Shown: positions 49,776 through 63,477, counted from the first letter of the whole stretch. The stretch: 63,726 nt of DNA, filler included, from Diploschistes diacapsis (GCA_023645945.1; 16 parts of 16 records of this genome joined end to end with filler, not necessarily neighbours in it); one strand, 5' to 3'. The notes: a model not told the origin generated them from the letters alone. Made by a program: numbers and translations.

Positions 49776-50266
49776 AATTATTCCCTGGCGTTATCGTTGA
49801 ACTCTTATTTTTAGGATCTTTTTAATCTCTTTCAGATCCTTGATCTTGTAGCGTTCAGCGAGGGTTTTCTTAAACTAGTTCACGTTTCGTAATTTAAGTG
49901 TTATTACGATAATGTCGTCGATATATAGGTTAATTAATAGCTTTCGATTTTATAAAATAAAGATATAAAGATCGGCGTCGTATCTTTTAAATTTTAAATT
50001 TAAGATTATATTACCGTATTCTTTATATTAATTCTTTATTATTTATTTTAATTCGTATAAGCTTTTATTGATCTTTAAGATAGTATTTTTAAGAACGCTA
50101 TATCTTTTAGGTAGCGTTATATAAATCTAATACGTCAACGACGTTTCCGTAAATATNNNNNNNNNNNNNNNNNNNNNNNNNNNNNNNNNNNNNNNNNNNN
50201 TTAATTAATTAANNNNNNNNNNNNNNNNNNNNNNNNNNNNNNNNNNNNNNNNNNNNATTTAAAAGT

Positions 50267-50511
50267 TAGACTAATCGTTTCGTGTCACGGTCACTAATAC
50301 GGATATTATAGTAAAAATTTTCTCGACACGGATATTAACACGGATACTTTATTATAATAAAAACACGGACACGGATATTATAATTAAAAAATTTAAAATA
50401 TTAATATTAATACGGACATTGCACTTCCGTGAATCTACGGACACGGACACCGTAGTTAAAAAATCTAAAACACGGATATTAATATTGTCAGTGTCAGTGA
50501 CGGCCAGCCTA
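50267..50511 (+). mobile_element. hAT-type MITE, short (245-bp) derivative
   Basis: Mutated left TIR TAGACTAATCGTTTCGTG, right TIR ACGGCCAGCCTA, internal ACACGGA repeats. Confidence 0.75.
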
Positions 50512-50754
50512 GTATCGATCATTACGACGACCACGTTCTTTTATAAAATCTAAAAGTATGTTTAAATAAAAATACCGCTAAAAGAGGTTTAAAAAGACGA
50601 TAATATCTATTATAAAAAAATAACGGGTATCCTTTTAAATAAATCAACGAAAGAAATAAAAATCGAAATAAATATTAATTAAAAAAAGCATCATCGCGTT
50701 TATAAAAGACATAAGCATTTAAAGAAAAGGGTAATAAAACAGATCAATTTAAAC

Positions 50755-50900
50755 GTGCCAAGCCACCGGGGTCACGTGACGTCAGGGTCACATAACGACA
50801 GGGTCACATTACGACAGGGTCACATAACAGATGCCAACCGTACCAAAGATGTTAAAGGATAACTATATAGACGGGTAAAACCCGAACCCTATAAAACTAG
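50755..50900. mobile_element. LTR-like repeat family E, fragment
   Basis: GCCAAGCCACCGGGGTCA and tandem GGGTCACAT.ACGACA units, as at 52353 and 55690-55840. Confidence 0.75.
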
Positions 50901-51135
50901 TGTAAACATAAAAGTAGGCGGTAGACTTGGTGGGGGTAGTCCCCACAGGGCAGCTCCATTTAAGGAGGCCTGCTAGGTAGTTCTAGACAAGTAATACATC
51001 CTACATCTTATAAATGTCTTACCTAGGTATGCTATTAACTACGAGATCATATTATATTCATTTACTACATCATTTACGATTATTTACCTATTATAACAAG
51101 AGAAGTCTCTCTAGATAGCGCGTTTAGTATTTATA
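50901..51135. mobile_element. 235-bp LTR-like repeat, family C
   Basis: TGTAAACATAAAAG...; inverted copy of 44721-44955. Confidence 0.75.
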
Positions 51136-51767
51136 ATGAGGGTTAACCTAAGGACTTGTCTAAGGACCCTTCCACATCTTGCGAAAGGTAAGAAGAAGGT
51201 TACGATCTGAAGGTTCTAGATATAACAGAAAGACATTATTTACAAAAATATAAAGAAAGAAAGGAAAAAAACATTTAATTGTCTCTAAATGGCCTACCAG
51301 CATTAAAAGGATAAAAGAATAGAATTTAATTAAAATACATTTAGAAAATTAAGCTACGGATAAATAGAATGTTGAAAAAGAATTGGAAATTAAAGATTAT
51401 CGATATTAAAAACGATAAATATTATTAACTCGAGTTACTCGGTACCGGATAGAAATTAAATAAATTAATTAAGATTACGCGAATACGAATACAAAAAAAA
51501 GAGGATCGAATAAGAATGAATAGATTAAATAAGATTATACGAATACGCACGTTAGAAAAAAAATATCGAATACGAGATTAAATACGAGTTTTAAAAAAGA
51601 ACAACAAAAAATAAATGAATAAAAGAACCAATATTATCGGAACGAGAGAACCAAAGAATAAAAAAAANNNNNNNNNNNNNNNNNNNNNNNNNNNNNNNNN
51701 NNNNNNNNNNNTTAATTAATTAANNNNNNNNNNNNNNNNNNNNNNNNNNNNNNNNNNNNNNNNNNNN

Positions 51768-51955
51768 TCTTTAATCATTATTCGGGATCAATTTATATTC
51801 GTTATTTCTATTATTAAAGAACCTTTTTTCTAGAAACAATATAAGACCTATAACTGCTCTACCTTCTTTTCCTACTTGCACTCCTCTTCTAAACGAGACC
51901 AAACCCACCTTGATCAATACCTCGTGTCTACCTTGTAGAGATAGAGATCATAACA
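51768..51955. mobile_element. LTR-like end, family D
   Basis: Near-identical to 49600-49775, ending ATAACA. Confidence 0.75.
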
Positions 51956-52352
51956 TATAACTAACTTAATGCGCGTAACTCGAAATGCGCCGCCGGTCGG
52001 ACCACGATAAATATAAAATTTCGTACGAAGATAAAAAACGTTAAAAATGCGATTTTAACGTAAAATCGATTATTAAAAAATTTTAATTAAAGTATTACGA
52101 GTCGTACGAAATTAGTTCGATCTCGTACGTAATATGATTATTAAATATAATATCTTCGATTCGAATATTTATAATTTCGACGAAACCGGCTTTTTTATAA
52201 GAATATTAGGCCATACAAAGGTCGTAATTACTTTAAATCGTAAAAATAGATTTCGTACGAAAAAACCCGGTAATCGAAAATAGGTTTCAATTATCCAAAC
52301 TATCTACGCGGACGGTTATACGTTGCCTCCGTACGTGATTATAAAGGACAAA
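51956..52352 (+). mobile_element. RIP-degraded pogo/Fot1 (Tc1-mariner) DDE transposase fragment
   Basis: IYNFDETGF...KVV...KPGNRK*VSIIQTIYADGYTLPPYVIIKGQ, canonical Fot1/pogo motifs. Confidence 0.88.
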
Positions 52353-53178
52353 TGTTGAGACAGATGAGCCCAGGCGCCTGCCAAGCCACCGGGGTCATGT
52401 GACGACAGGGTCACATGTCGGCAGGGTCACATGATAGGTGCCAACCGTGCCAAGGATGTTAGGGGGTGGCTGTATAAACGAGTAGGACCCGAACCCCGTA
52501 AAGCTGACACCCACACATTATTTATTCCTACCACCTTCCCATTTAAATAATTTCTTCTTTAGTTTTTCGAATCGAAACCTTTTACCTACAAATGTTTAGC
52601 TACACGTAATCCTTCCGAATCAAATTCAGCTCCCGTTAATATAATATCCCATTCCTACGTTAGCGTTTCATATTCGAAAAGCTCACTTTACCTTCGTACT
52701 CGTAACGAGAATTTAAAACGTCAACCGAACTAAATATTCGAGTATTCACGATTACCGGACTCAAAAGTATTATTCGCCGACTTATTATAAACAATAACCC
52801 CCGTTAATAAAAAAGATCAAAAAAGAAAGAAAAAATCTATAATACTTCCGACTTTTAAAGAATCAACCGAGATCTTAACGGTTAAAAAATATAATTTAAA
52901 AAACGAATCGATAATTAAAAAATAATCCATAAAATATCCCGCGTTACGACAATTATTTATATTAAAAACTTTCGAAGAATTTAATACCAGCGAAAAACCA
53001 ATATAAAAAAAATCCCAAAAGAGTTCCCGCGACGAACCTAAACGAAAAATATTTTCGTTCAAAAACCCGATAAAAGAATAAATTAATTGAAATAATATTA
53101 TCGAGAACGTAATAAAATTATAATCGTAAAAATAAATAAAAGAGATCCATTACCGAACCGAAGAAGAATATATAGAAT
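52353..53178 (+). mobile_element. LTR retrotransposon end (family E) with degraded internal region
   Basis: Begins TGTTGAGACAG exactly where the transposase frame breaks; collinear with the reverse complement of 54789-55840. Confidence 0.8.
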
Positions 53179-53852
53179 NNNNNNNNNNNNNNNNNNNNNN
53201 NNNNNNNNNNNNNNNNNNNNNNTTAATTAATTAANNNNNNNNNNNNNNNNNNNNNNNNNNNNNNNNNNNNNNNNNNNNCCTTTAGAAAGTTATATCCTTC
53301 TAATGCGGTTATGTAGATCTAATATATTAATAATGCTTCGATAACCGCATTATTAATATTTATTTAATAATATTCTAGATCTTTAATTGTTATAATCGCC
53401 AGTAAAATCCGTAACGAATCGACTCGAATAATAAAAATAAATATTTTATCGAAATCAATACCCTATTTTTACGAAAATCTTTTTGCGATTAATCTAATTT
53501 GGAACCTTTTAATATCGTTATTGAAATTATATTTAACATCGAAAATCTATCTTAAGCTTATAATATTTAATAGGTTCAGATGGTTTAGATAGTTTAATCC
53601 AGATCTAGTTTAATAATAAAAAATTAATTTCTTTCTTTATTACTGCTTCTTATTCTTGTCCGAAGATTAAATTATTTACGGTTTCCTTATAGTTCTTTAA
53701 AATACTGATACGTGTCGATCTTGAATCAACGTCGTCTGTTATTTTTTATTTATTTGTTATAAACGTTATATAATTCTTTAATGTTTTGATTAATAAGAAA
53801 TATTCGATATCCCGTTATCGTTTATTAATAACGGAATTCGTGTTATATAACT

Positions 53853-54467
53853 TAGGCTGGGCGTTTCGTGCCACGGACACTTCCACGGACACTACCGAGA
53901 AAATTTTTAAAACATGATACTGCCACGGACACTACCGTTAAAATTTTAAAACACGGATACTTCTACGGATACTACATTATAATAAAAGCACGGACACGGA
54001 TATTACGATTAAAAAATTTAAAACACGGATATTTCTACGGACATTACCGCTAAAATTTTTAAAACACGATACTACCACGGATATTATATTATAATAAATT
54101 TTTTAAAATATTATCGTGAATTTATCGAAATACCGCAATAAAAAATAAAAACGTAAAAAATAAACGTAATAATTCTAAAATTATTAAAAAATAAATATTA
54201 TTTAAAAGTTTTTCGATAAATATACGAACACGATAATAAATTTATTAATACGAATATTACGATTAAAAATTTTAAAACACGGACATTTTTACGGACATTA
54301 TACAATAATAAAAGCACGGACACGGACATTACGGCTGAAAATTTTAAAACACGGATACTTTTACGGATATTACACTGCAATAAAAGCACGGACACGGATA
54401 CTACGGCTGAAAATTTTAAAACACGGATACTACCACGGCCGTGTCAGTGTCCGTGACGGCCAGCCTA
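53853..54467 (+). mobile_element. hAT-type MITE, 615 bp
   Basis: TAGGCTGGGCGTTTCGTG ... GTGACGGCCAGCCTA with ACACGGA/CACGGACAC arrays; flanking 8-mers do not match. Confidence 0.85.
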
Positions 54468-54788
54468 ACTATAATATCTTAATCCTTAGACGCGGAAGTG
54501 ATTTATTAACGGCTTTTCCCTTATTTAATATTCTTCAAATATTATAAATAAATCGTTCAATTTAGATTTAATTATAATTACATTCTTAATATAACACTAA
54601 ACTATCGTTACATGATTTTAAAAAACGTATCCTTATTTCGCTCCCTTTAATATAACGCGCACATTTATTTTAATAATCTATATAAATCNNNNNNNNNNNN
54701 NNNNNNNNNNNNNNNNNNNNNNNNNNNNNNNNTTAATTAATTAANNNNNNNNNNNNNNNNNNNNNNNNNNNNNNNNNNNNNNNNNNNN

Positions 54789-55840
54789 TATAAATACTCG
54801 TTAATTTCGAAATTCTTTAACCGCTATTTATAAATCGATAATTTCGTCGGTTAAACGGGCCCGGGTCTCCTACTTCCTATTCAACAATTATTCTAATTCG
54901 TTTCGTTTAATTAAATCTTTCTCGAATTATTATTAAAATCGTTAAATCTTTCGTTCGTTTCGTTGATTTATTTCTTTAATCGCTTTCACGTAAATACGTA
55001 TTAATTTAATAAACTCCGTTAATTCTTCTTCGGTTCAATAATAGATTTCTTTTACTCATTCTTACGATTACAGCTTCATCACGTTCTCGATAACGTTATC
55101 TTAATTAATCTACTCTTTCATCGGGTCTTTAAACGAAGATATTCTTCGCTTAAGTTCGTCGCGAAAACCCTTTTAGGATCCTCCCCGTCCTAATTCTTCG
55201 CTAATATTAAATCCCTCGAAAGTCCCTGACATAAATAATTACCGTAACGCGGGATACCTTATAGATTATTCCTTAACTATCGATTCGTCTTTTAAATCGT
55301 ATTCTTTAACCGTTGGGATCTCGATTAATTCTTTAAAAGTCGGAAGTACTATAGATTCTTTTCTTTTTTTTTGATCCTTTTTACCAGCGGGGGCCATTAT
55401 TCATAATAAATCGGCGGATAGTACTTTCGAGTTCGGTTATTATAGACTTATTCGAATACTTGGTTCGGTTAACGTTTTAAACTCTCGTCACGAGTACGAA
55501 GGTAAAGTAAGCTTTTCGAATGTGAAACGCCAGCGTAGGAATAAGATATTATATTATCGGGGGCTGGATCTGATCCGATAAGATTACGTGTAGCTAGGTA
55601 TCTGTAAGTAAAAGGTCTCGATTCGAAAAGCTAGAGAAGAAACTATCTAAATAAAAGGGTAGCAGGAATAAATAATATATAGGTACCAGCCCTACGGGGT
55701 TCGGGTCCTACCCGCCTATACAGCCACCCTTTAACATCCTTGGCGCGGTTGGCACCTGTCATGTGACCCTGCCGTCATGTGACCCTGTCGTCACATGACC
55801 CCGGTGGCTTGGCAGGCGTCTGGGCTGATCTGTCTCAATT
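54789..55840 (-). mobile_element. LTR retrotransposon end (family E), inverted copy
   Basis: Reverse complement of the 52353-53178 element. Confidence 0.8.
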
Positions 55841-56196
55841 ACCGTCGAAAGAATTCTATAAAGTTATCGCCGAAAATCCGAACGTCTTTACGTTAATTTT
55901 ATTTAATACGAGATACGAACGTATTTTTATCGAAATCGTATCGGTACGTCTTAAAAAAATAAATATAAAATATATTTTATTTTTTTACATTTTCGATTAC
56001 CGGGACGTATTTGACGGGAATTTAATCATAAATTTACCCGAATATAACCTTAACGATCATACAATTGACACCGAAAGCAAAAAATTATTTTACGGGTTAT
56101 TATATAATCTTTCCGCGGTTAAGTTCCGTAAGCTTCGCGATTTTTAAAAGAGGTTTTATTACGTAAATAAATTCGATTATTTAATAACCCCGTAAG
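55841..56196 (+). mobile_element. RIP-degraded Ty3/Gypsy pol fragment (pre-RT region)
   Basis: DYRDVFD...LPEYNLNDHTI...YGLLYNLSAVKFRKLRDF. Confidence 0.8.
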
Positions 56197-56296
56197 NNNN
56201 NNNNNNNNNNNNNNNNNNNNNNNNNNNNNNNNNNNNNNNNTTAATTAATTAANNNNNNNNNNNNNNNNNNNNNNNNNNNNNNNNNNNNNNNNNNNN

Positions 56297-56629
56297 TATA
56301 ATATCAGTGTTAGTGTTAGTATTTTAAATTTTTTAAATACGATATCCGTGTCCGTGCTTTTATTATAATATAATATTAGTATAAGTGTCCGTGCCGAAAT
56401 TTTTTTTATCATGATATCCGTGTCCGTGCATTCACCGAAACATTTTTAAATAATTTTTTTGTTTTAATAATTCTAGAATTATTACGTCTATTTCCTACGT
56501 TTTAATTTTTTTTAAAATTTTTTTATCGCGATGTTTCGGTGATTTTATTACAATTATAATGTCCGTGTTAGTGTTGATATTTTAAATTTTTTTACTGCGA
56601 TGTTTGTGTTCGTGTTTTCACTACAGTAT
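56297..56629 (-). mobile_element. hAT-type MITE, internal fragment (inverted)
   Basis: TCCGTGTCCGTG repeats and the AT-rich core shared with the 53853 and 58183 copies. Confidence 0.7.
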
Positions 56630-56895
56630 TGTAACAGCGGGGGGAAATGCCTAATAGGTAGCGCTATCCCACTGAGCCAAAAGACTAACCACAATGCTTT
56701 CAGGAGCCCCGAAGCACTGTTTCCCTATTACACTATATGTAGGTGCGTGGCTGTGGCAGTAGGCGGCAGATGTGTAACCCCGCAGGCCTTACAACTATCT
56801 CTCTTCCCCACAGTACTGGCCCCCAGCATCTGTTACGTCTCATATAGCGCCCCGGGTATGTTGGATACCCTAAACCGTTTATCGTAACTATCTAT
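56630..56895. mobile_element. LTR-like repeat, family F
   Basis: TGTAACAGCGGGGG...GCCTAATAGGTAGCGCTATCCCACTGAGCCAAAAGAC; second copy at 60023-60290. Confidence 0.75.
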
Positions 56896-57804
56896 AATGA
56901 CTTAAAGGCCCCTGAGCATGTTTATTACGTCTCCGAACAGATCCACACCTATAAGTAATAATAATGCGCAATTAATTCGACCCACAGGTGAAATAAAAAT
57001 AACGATTAATTTCGAAGAATTATTGAAGATTTAAACTATTTCTCAGCAAAAAGTGGCCGGAATCTGGGGGTGGCCGGAATCCCCGTGAAACACGTTAACG
57101 TGTTTCACCTAGGCTGGCCATTTCGTGTGTGGTTTCACTACGGAGTTAAGCCCTAAGTCCGAAAAGACTTGGCAGAATACCTTTTATTTGTAAATCTGTA
57201 GCTAGATAATTTAAACACAGGATGCAATCGAATCATATATGATAATAACGAAAAGGTAACTTATTTAAGAAGTTCTGGCCTCGGCTAGACTTTAAAAATC
57301 GAGTTTTAAAAAAAATAGATTTTTTTTCGATCGAAACGATTCGATTCGTTTATATTATTCGATTTATTAAGATTTAAAATATAGATCGCGTAATAAAAAT
57401 CTTTTTACCGTATTTTCTTACCGCTCAATCTCTTAAAAAAACCCTTATAAACTATTATAAAGATTATCGTTTTCGTTTATTAAGAAGTTGAAAGAATTTC
57501 TAAAATATACGTTATCCTTTTTCGAGCTTTTTAAGAATCTAAAATTATCGATTTAACATTATTATAACCGAAAAAAAATCGTTTGACTTTATTAAAAAAG
57601 AACAGAATCCCGATAATCTGTTTAATATATCGTAGACGCCGATAATATTAAAAGATTGGCGTTTATATCTTTAAAATATGGATACTCGATAAAAAGCATA
57701 ATAANNNNNNNNNNNNNNNNNNNNNNNNNNNNNNNNNNNNNNNNNNNNTTAATTAATTAANNNNNNNNNNNNNNNNNNNNNNNNNNNNNNNNNNNNNNNN
57801 NNNN

Positions 57805-59210
57805 ACCTTATTATTATCTTTTAATTCCTAGTTTATTTATGAAGGCGATAGGGTGATTAGGTATTATAGGTCCTAAAAATTGCCCGTAAGTACCGCGCTG
57901 TTGTTCGGATCCCTAGCCGTTTCTGCTTTATTATTTAGTTAATCGGCCAGGTATTTCGCTTATTCGATGGATTTCTTTTTAATTAGCTTAAGAGTTTTGT
58001 GCAGTCTCTCTATGCGCGCCTCATATTCGATTAATTAAGAAAAGAATTTTCGTTTTTTCTTTTCTTTTATCTCTAATCGGGATTCTGTCTGAAAGCGAAT
58101 TCTATTTACGGTTTCTTAAGACGTTAATACGTAATTCTTTCGACTTAAACGGGCACACCGTTCGTAACGAGAAGATATGAACTAGGCTGGCCGTTTCGTG
58201 CCACGGTCACTGACACGGACACTGCAGCAAAAATTTTCAAAACACGGACACTGACACGGACACTACAGTTAAAATTTTAAAACACGGATACTAATACAGA
58301 CACTATATTTCCGTAAATCCACGGACACGGACACCGTAATTAAAAAATTTTAAACACGAACACTGACACGGACATCGCAATTAAAAAATTTAAAACACGG
58401 ATACTGATACGGATATTATATTTCCGTGAATTTACTGATACGGATACAGTACTATAATAAAAGCACGAAAACACTTTTTTTTTAATATTTTTAAAATTAT
58501 TACGTTTATTTCTCACGTTTTTATTTTTTAAATTTTTTTATTAAAACACGGACACGGACACGGACACCGCAATTAAAATATTTAAAACACGGATATTAAT
58601 ACGGACACTATATTTCCGTGAATCCACGGACACGGACACCGCAATTAAAAAATCTAAAACACGGATACTGACACGGACACTGCATTTCCGTGAATCCACG
58701 GATATGGACACCGCAGCAAAAAAATCTAAAACACTGACACTGTCAGTGTCAGTGACGGCCAGCCTAATATGAACGATATTACGATACAGACGTGAATAAC
58801 AAAATAGTAGAAACAAAAAAGGTTTAAAAGTTTATTTAATTTAAGAATGCGATCGGTAAGTTTATAATTATAAGAAGTTAAGGAAAACATCGTTATTCTA
58901 CGACTTAAGGATTTTTTTTTATTTAATACTTATGTTAGATCTTTCGACGAATCATTAGGCCGATAATGCTAAAGGAAAAAAATAATATTATGATCCGAGG
59001 TTTCGGACCTCGTCACGTCTTAACCGCTCGTTGTATAATTCCGGTAACGCAAAATCACGTAATTAATAGACGATCAGCGATAAATATTTGTCGCAATAGA
59101 TCTATTTAAATAGATATTTATTAATAATAGCGCTGTCGCGACAACTTTACTGTCGACGATCAGTTATTATTTTAAACTATATAAGAACCGTACCGTGACC
59201 TCTATAAAAC
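57805..59210. mobile_element. RIP-degraded repeat homologous to 48743-49600, interrupted by a MITE
   Basis: Collinear on both sides of the 58183-58766 insertion. Confidence 0.7.
58183..58766 (+). mobile_element. Complete 584-bp hAT-type MITE with a perfect 8-bp TSD
   Basis: 12-bp TIR TAGGCTGGCCGT / ACGGCCAGCCTA; TSD ATATGAAC at 58175-58182 and 58767-58774. Confidence 0.93.
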
Positions 59211-60022
59211 NNNNNNNNNNNNNNNNNNNNNNNNNNNNNNNNNNNNNNNNNNNNTTAATTAATTAANNNNNNNNNNNNNNNNNNNNNNNNNNNNNNNNNN
59301 NNNNNNNNNNATTTAGTAGTTTAGCGAGAGTTAAGGCTTTATTCAATAATTAACTTGATTAAGTAACTAATTATCCTCCGTATGTTTAGTAAGACACGTA
59401 GGTGGCTTTAGGGGACTAAAATAAGAAAGGGAGAGATAATTATAAGATTAAGTTAAAAGCATGTTAATAATCGGATAAGCGGCGCTTAGGGTGTTGGCTT
59501 ACTAATACATAAAAGGGGATTTTGCCCTTCTTACTTTCTCCTCTTCTTTAGTAATTAGTCCTAGCATGAATCTGCCCTGCGTACAGCCATCTTGCCACAT
59601 TGTTGTATTCTACCCTTTACATTAACCCGTCTCGATATCTTTTTATAAAAGCGGTCGTATCTCAACCCGCTTAATCGAAATATTTCTAAAACCGGGTCAT
59701 ACTTCAGATGTTAATAAGTTTAATTTACCAATCTCAATAACTCTAAGAACATATTTTTATGGTTAATAATTTCAAAAGCGATACGAATCTTTTATTAACT
59801 TATTAAAGTTCTTAAAAACATCTTTAAAATCTCGTCATCTTTTTAAGAAATTTTTTAATTAAAATTGAATTCATTTAGCTGCCCGTCCACGGGTTACGAT
59901 CTGTATCACTACAAAGTAGACACGACGTATTGATCAGGTGCTTGATCTCGTAGCAAAAGGAATGTTAACGTAAAATGATAAAATAGATTATTTAATAAAT
60001 TAAAACTATCTCGAAAGAAGAC

Positions 60023-60290
60023 TGTAACAGCGGGGGTAGTGCCTAATAGGTAGCGCTATCCCACTGAGCCAAAAGACTAATCATAATGCTTTCAGGAACC
60101 CCGAACCACTGTTTCCCTATTACATTATATGTAGGTACGCAGCTGTGGTAGTAGGGGGACCTGAACCCCGGTGCGTATACTGCGGTTGTTATAGTTATTT
60201 CTCTTTTTTATAATGCTGGCCCTTAGTAATTATTACGTCTTATATAGTGCCCCGGGTATGTTAGATATTCTAAATCGTTTCTAACATCTA
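60023..60290. mobile_element. LTR-like repeat family F, second copy
   Basis: Aligns with 56630-56895. Confidence 0.75.
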
Positions 60291-60716
60291 TGTTGAAAAT
60301 GGAAGTGGGGTGACTAAATAGGCAAGTAATGACTAAGGAAATAATGCTGAATACAATAGTAATGTATTACTATTGTAGGAGGTAATGAATGAAGATAAAG
60401 ATAGCGTTAATAAAGACGGGAGGTGAGAGATCTTTTATAGACACATTTCACCTAATTAACGCCTAATGATTAATATACATTTAATCTCCGATAATATTGG
60501 ATTTATAATCTAACATCATGCGCCCCATAATCCAACATAATAGTGAATCTAATTTCCTTTTATCTCGTATTTATAGTTTTAGTATTATTAGATTATTAAT
60601 TTAATATTTGGATTAATAATCTAATGATCTAGACCATTTACAATCCCATTTAATAATCCATAACTACTAGTAGGATGTTTGACTATAGTTAGTAGGATGT
60701 TTAACAATTATTAATG
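60291..60716. mobile_element. LTR-like repeat family A, second copy (cut by the contig end)
   Basis: TGTTGAAAATGGAAGTGGGGTGACTAAATAGGC; aligns with 14698-15148. Confidence 0.8.
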
Positions 60717-60816
60717 NNNNNNNNNNNNNNNNNNNNNNNNNNNNNNNNNNNNNNNNNNNNTTAATTAATTAANNNNNNNNNNNNNNNNNNNNNNNNNNNN
60801 NNNNNNNNNNNNNNNN

Positions 60817-62221
60817 CAAAGACGTGTTCGATGATAAAAAAGCTGTTGCGCTACTATTTCACCGACACATCGATCATGCTATTAAGATAGAAAATAAACC
60901 ACCGTATAAACCCTTGTATAATTTATCGACAAAAGAATTGTAGGAATTACGAAAATATTTTAATAAAGTCTTGCAAAATAAATAAATCAGACCATCAATT
61001 AATTCTATAAAAGTACCGATCCTGTTCGTGTTAAAGAAGGATGATAATTTACGTCTTTATATCGACTATAAGGGTTTAAACAAGATTATTAAAAAGAATA
61101 GGTACCCCTTACCTCTAATAAGTAAGACCCTTGATCGTCTCAGCGATGTAAAGATATTTTCAAAAGTAGATTTAAAGAATGCCTACTATCGGATTCGCAT
61201 TAAGGCAGAAGATGAATAAAAGACTGCTTTTCGTACTCGATATGGCCACTTCGAATACCAAGTAATGTTATTTGGGCTCGCCAATGCTCCCGCTACTTTT
61301 CAAGCTTATATTAATAGGGCATTAATAGGACTGGTCGATATTATTTGTATAATTTATCTTAACGACATTCTTATTTATTCTAACACCTAGAAAGAGCATG
61401 TTAAACACTTACGACTCGTTATAAAACGCTTACGTAAGTTCGACTTATACGCAAAATTATTAAAATATACCTTCTTTACCGAAGAATTAGAATTTGTAAA
61501 TTATATGATTTCTAACTAGGAAATAAGCATAAATAAAACACGCGTTTAGAATATTGTTAAATAATTAAAACTAAAAACGTTTAAAAACTTACAAATCTTT
61601 TTAAATTTTAAGAATTTTTATAAAAGATTTATTTATCAATATTCTAAATTAACTGGACCTTTTATTAACCTATTTAAAAATAGCAAGGATAGGAAGAAAC
61701 AAAAAATTCTTATATAGGACGAACCTGAAGCGCAAGCTTTCCGTATATTAAAAAAGAAATTTACGAAGGTTTTTATATTTATTTATTTTAATTTTAAATT
61801 ATATATTCGCGTAAAAATAGATACTTCGGACTTTGTTTTAATAAATATAATATTATAATTATATAAAGATAATCAGTAATACCCTATAATATTTTATTCT
61901 CGAAAGATAAATCTAACGAAATACAATTATAAAACCCATGATCAAAAACTTTTAACGATAATAATAAGCTTTAAACACGTAATTGAGATATTAATAGACC
62001 ATAATAACTTAAAGGGTTTTATAAAGAAAACGGCATTAACCGAGCGATAAATAAAGTGGGCCTTAAGGTTAGCCGCTTTTGACTTTGTTATTCGTTATAG
62101 ACTAGAGAAGAACAATTTTATAGATGCGTCTTTAAGGTAATTAGATTATTTCGATATTAATCGATAGATTCAAGATTTATTATTTACGTTTCAACAGAAG
62201 TTAATAAGGTTAAACTTAATT
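60817..62221 (+). mobile_element. RIP-degraded Ty3/Gypsy RT-RNase H
   Basis: [79 protein letters not shown] (YLDD), IDTSDF, NYKTHDQKLL. Confidence 0.95.
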
Positions 62222-62321
62222 NNNNNNNNNNNNNNNNNNNNNNNNNNNNNNNNNNNNNNNNNNNNTTAATTAATTAANNNNNNNNNNNNNNNNNNNNNNN
62301 NNNNNNNNNNNNNNNNNNNNN

Positions 62322-62542
62322 GACACGGACACCGCAATAAAAAAATTTTCGACACGGACACTGACACGGACACTACACTGTAATAAAAGCACGGACACGG
62401 ACATTATAATTAAAATTTTTAAAACATTAACACTAACACGGATACTACACTTCCGTGAATCCACGGACACGGACACCGCAACTAAAAAATCTAAAATACG
62501 GACACTGACACGGCCGTGTCAGTGTCAGTGACGGCCAGCCTA
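62322..62542 (+). mobile_element. hAT-type MITE, right end
   Basis: ACACGGAC repeats ending GTCAGTGTCAGTGACGGCCAGCCTA. Confidence 0.85.
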
Positions 62543-63477
62543 GTTTTGATGACCCGTAGGGTATATTTTCTGTCGTTAATAGTATTAAAAGTTAGTCGGA
62601 TTTGTTTCGTAAAATTATTATAATTAACGAACATTTTTAAATTATCCTATTATTTAAAAAGATACGTATATAAATACGATTCGATCTATACAAATACGCG
62701 GTCACGTATAAAACCCGTAACGTAAATGGTTTTTCCGCCTTTAACGCTATCAATGCGAGGGTTTTAATAAAAATTTAAAACGAGTTATAAGAATTAATAT
62801 TTAAGCTTCTTACGGTTTTCGTTATATTTATTAAATTTTTATATTTTTATTTCAAAAACGCCTTTATCGGCTTTATCGTTATTTTCGAGATCGTTTTCTT
62901 TAGCTTTCGCGGTGTCCGCTATAAATATATCGGACTTTAATGTTGTTTAAAATGATACGGATTTAATTATTAGCGATCGCCCGGTTATGCTTTCTATTAT
63001 ACTTATTCTAAAAAATATTTAAATGTTATAATCTTTATCTTTAAAACGTAAACACGAGATATTAATTAAAATAGATTTAATCTCTAATAAAAAAGAAATA
63101 TAAAAAGAGAAAAAATAGATCGATAATAAGTCTATTTTGATTTCTAAAAAGATTATTATTTAATAATAAACAATAACGAATATAGATTGATCTCGAACAA
63201 TCGCTAAAGATGTTTATAAAAATAAATATACCCCGATTTATAAGAATTATAACGCGTTCTTATATAATTAACTGCTTTTTAACGAAATAAATTAATAAAT
63301 AAATAAAATTACCGTTCTCTCGTTCTATTTATAGAAAGTAAAATAGCTTCTAAAACTTTCTACTCATCACGTGACCGGTGTTACCATAATTAAACTATAT
63401 ACAAGGAATGATTGGGTTAGGCCCGATCAGCTGTGAAGTGCCAAGTGGACTACCACCTAATCACTTGGATCGTAACA
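62543..63477 (-). mobile_element. RIP-degraded retrotransposon gag-like relic with an LTR-like end
   Basis: Minus strand MFVNYNNFTKQIRLTFNTINDRK resembles retrotransposon gag; a GC-richer segment ends ...GATCGTAACA at 63477. Confidence 0.5.

Noticed and set aside
58183..58766. ACACGGAC repeat-spacer pattern as a CRISPR-like array
   Set aside because: Eukaryotic context, no unique spacers, no cas genes; bounded by TIRs and a TSD, so it is a MITE.
44100..62321. TTAATTAATTAA repeated every ~1.5 kb, like a CRISPR array or satellite
   Set aside because: Always centred in exactly 44+44 Ns; it is a synthetic six-frame-stop linker.
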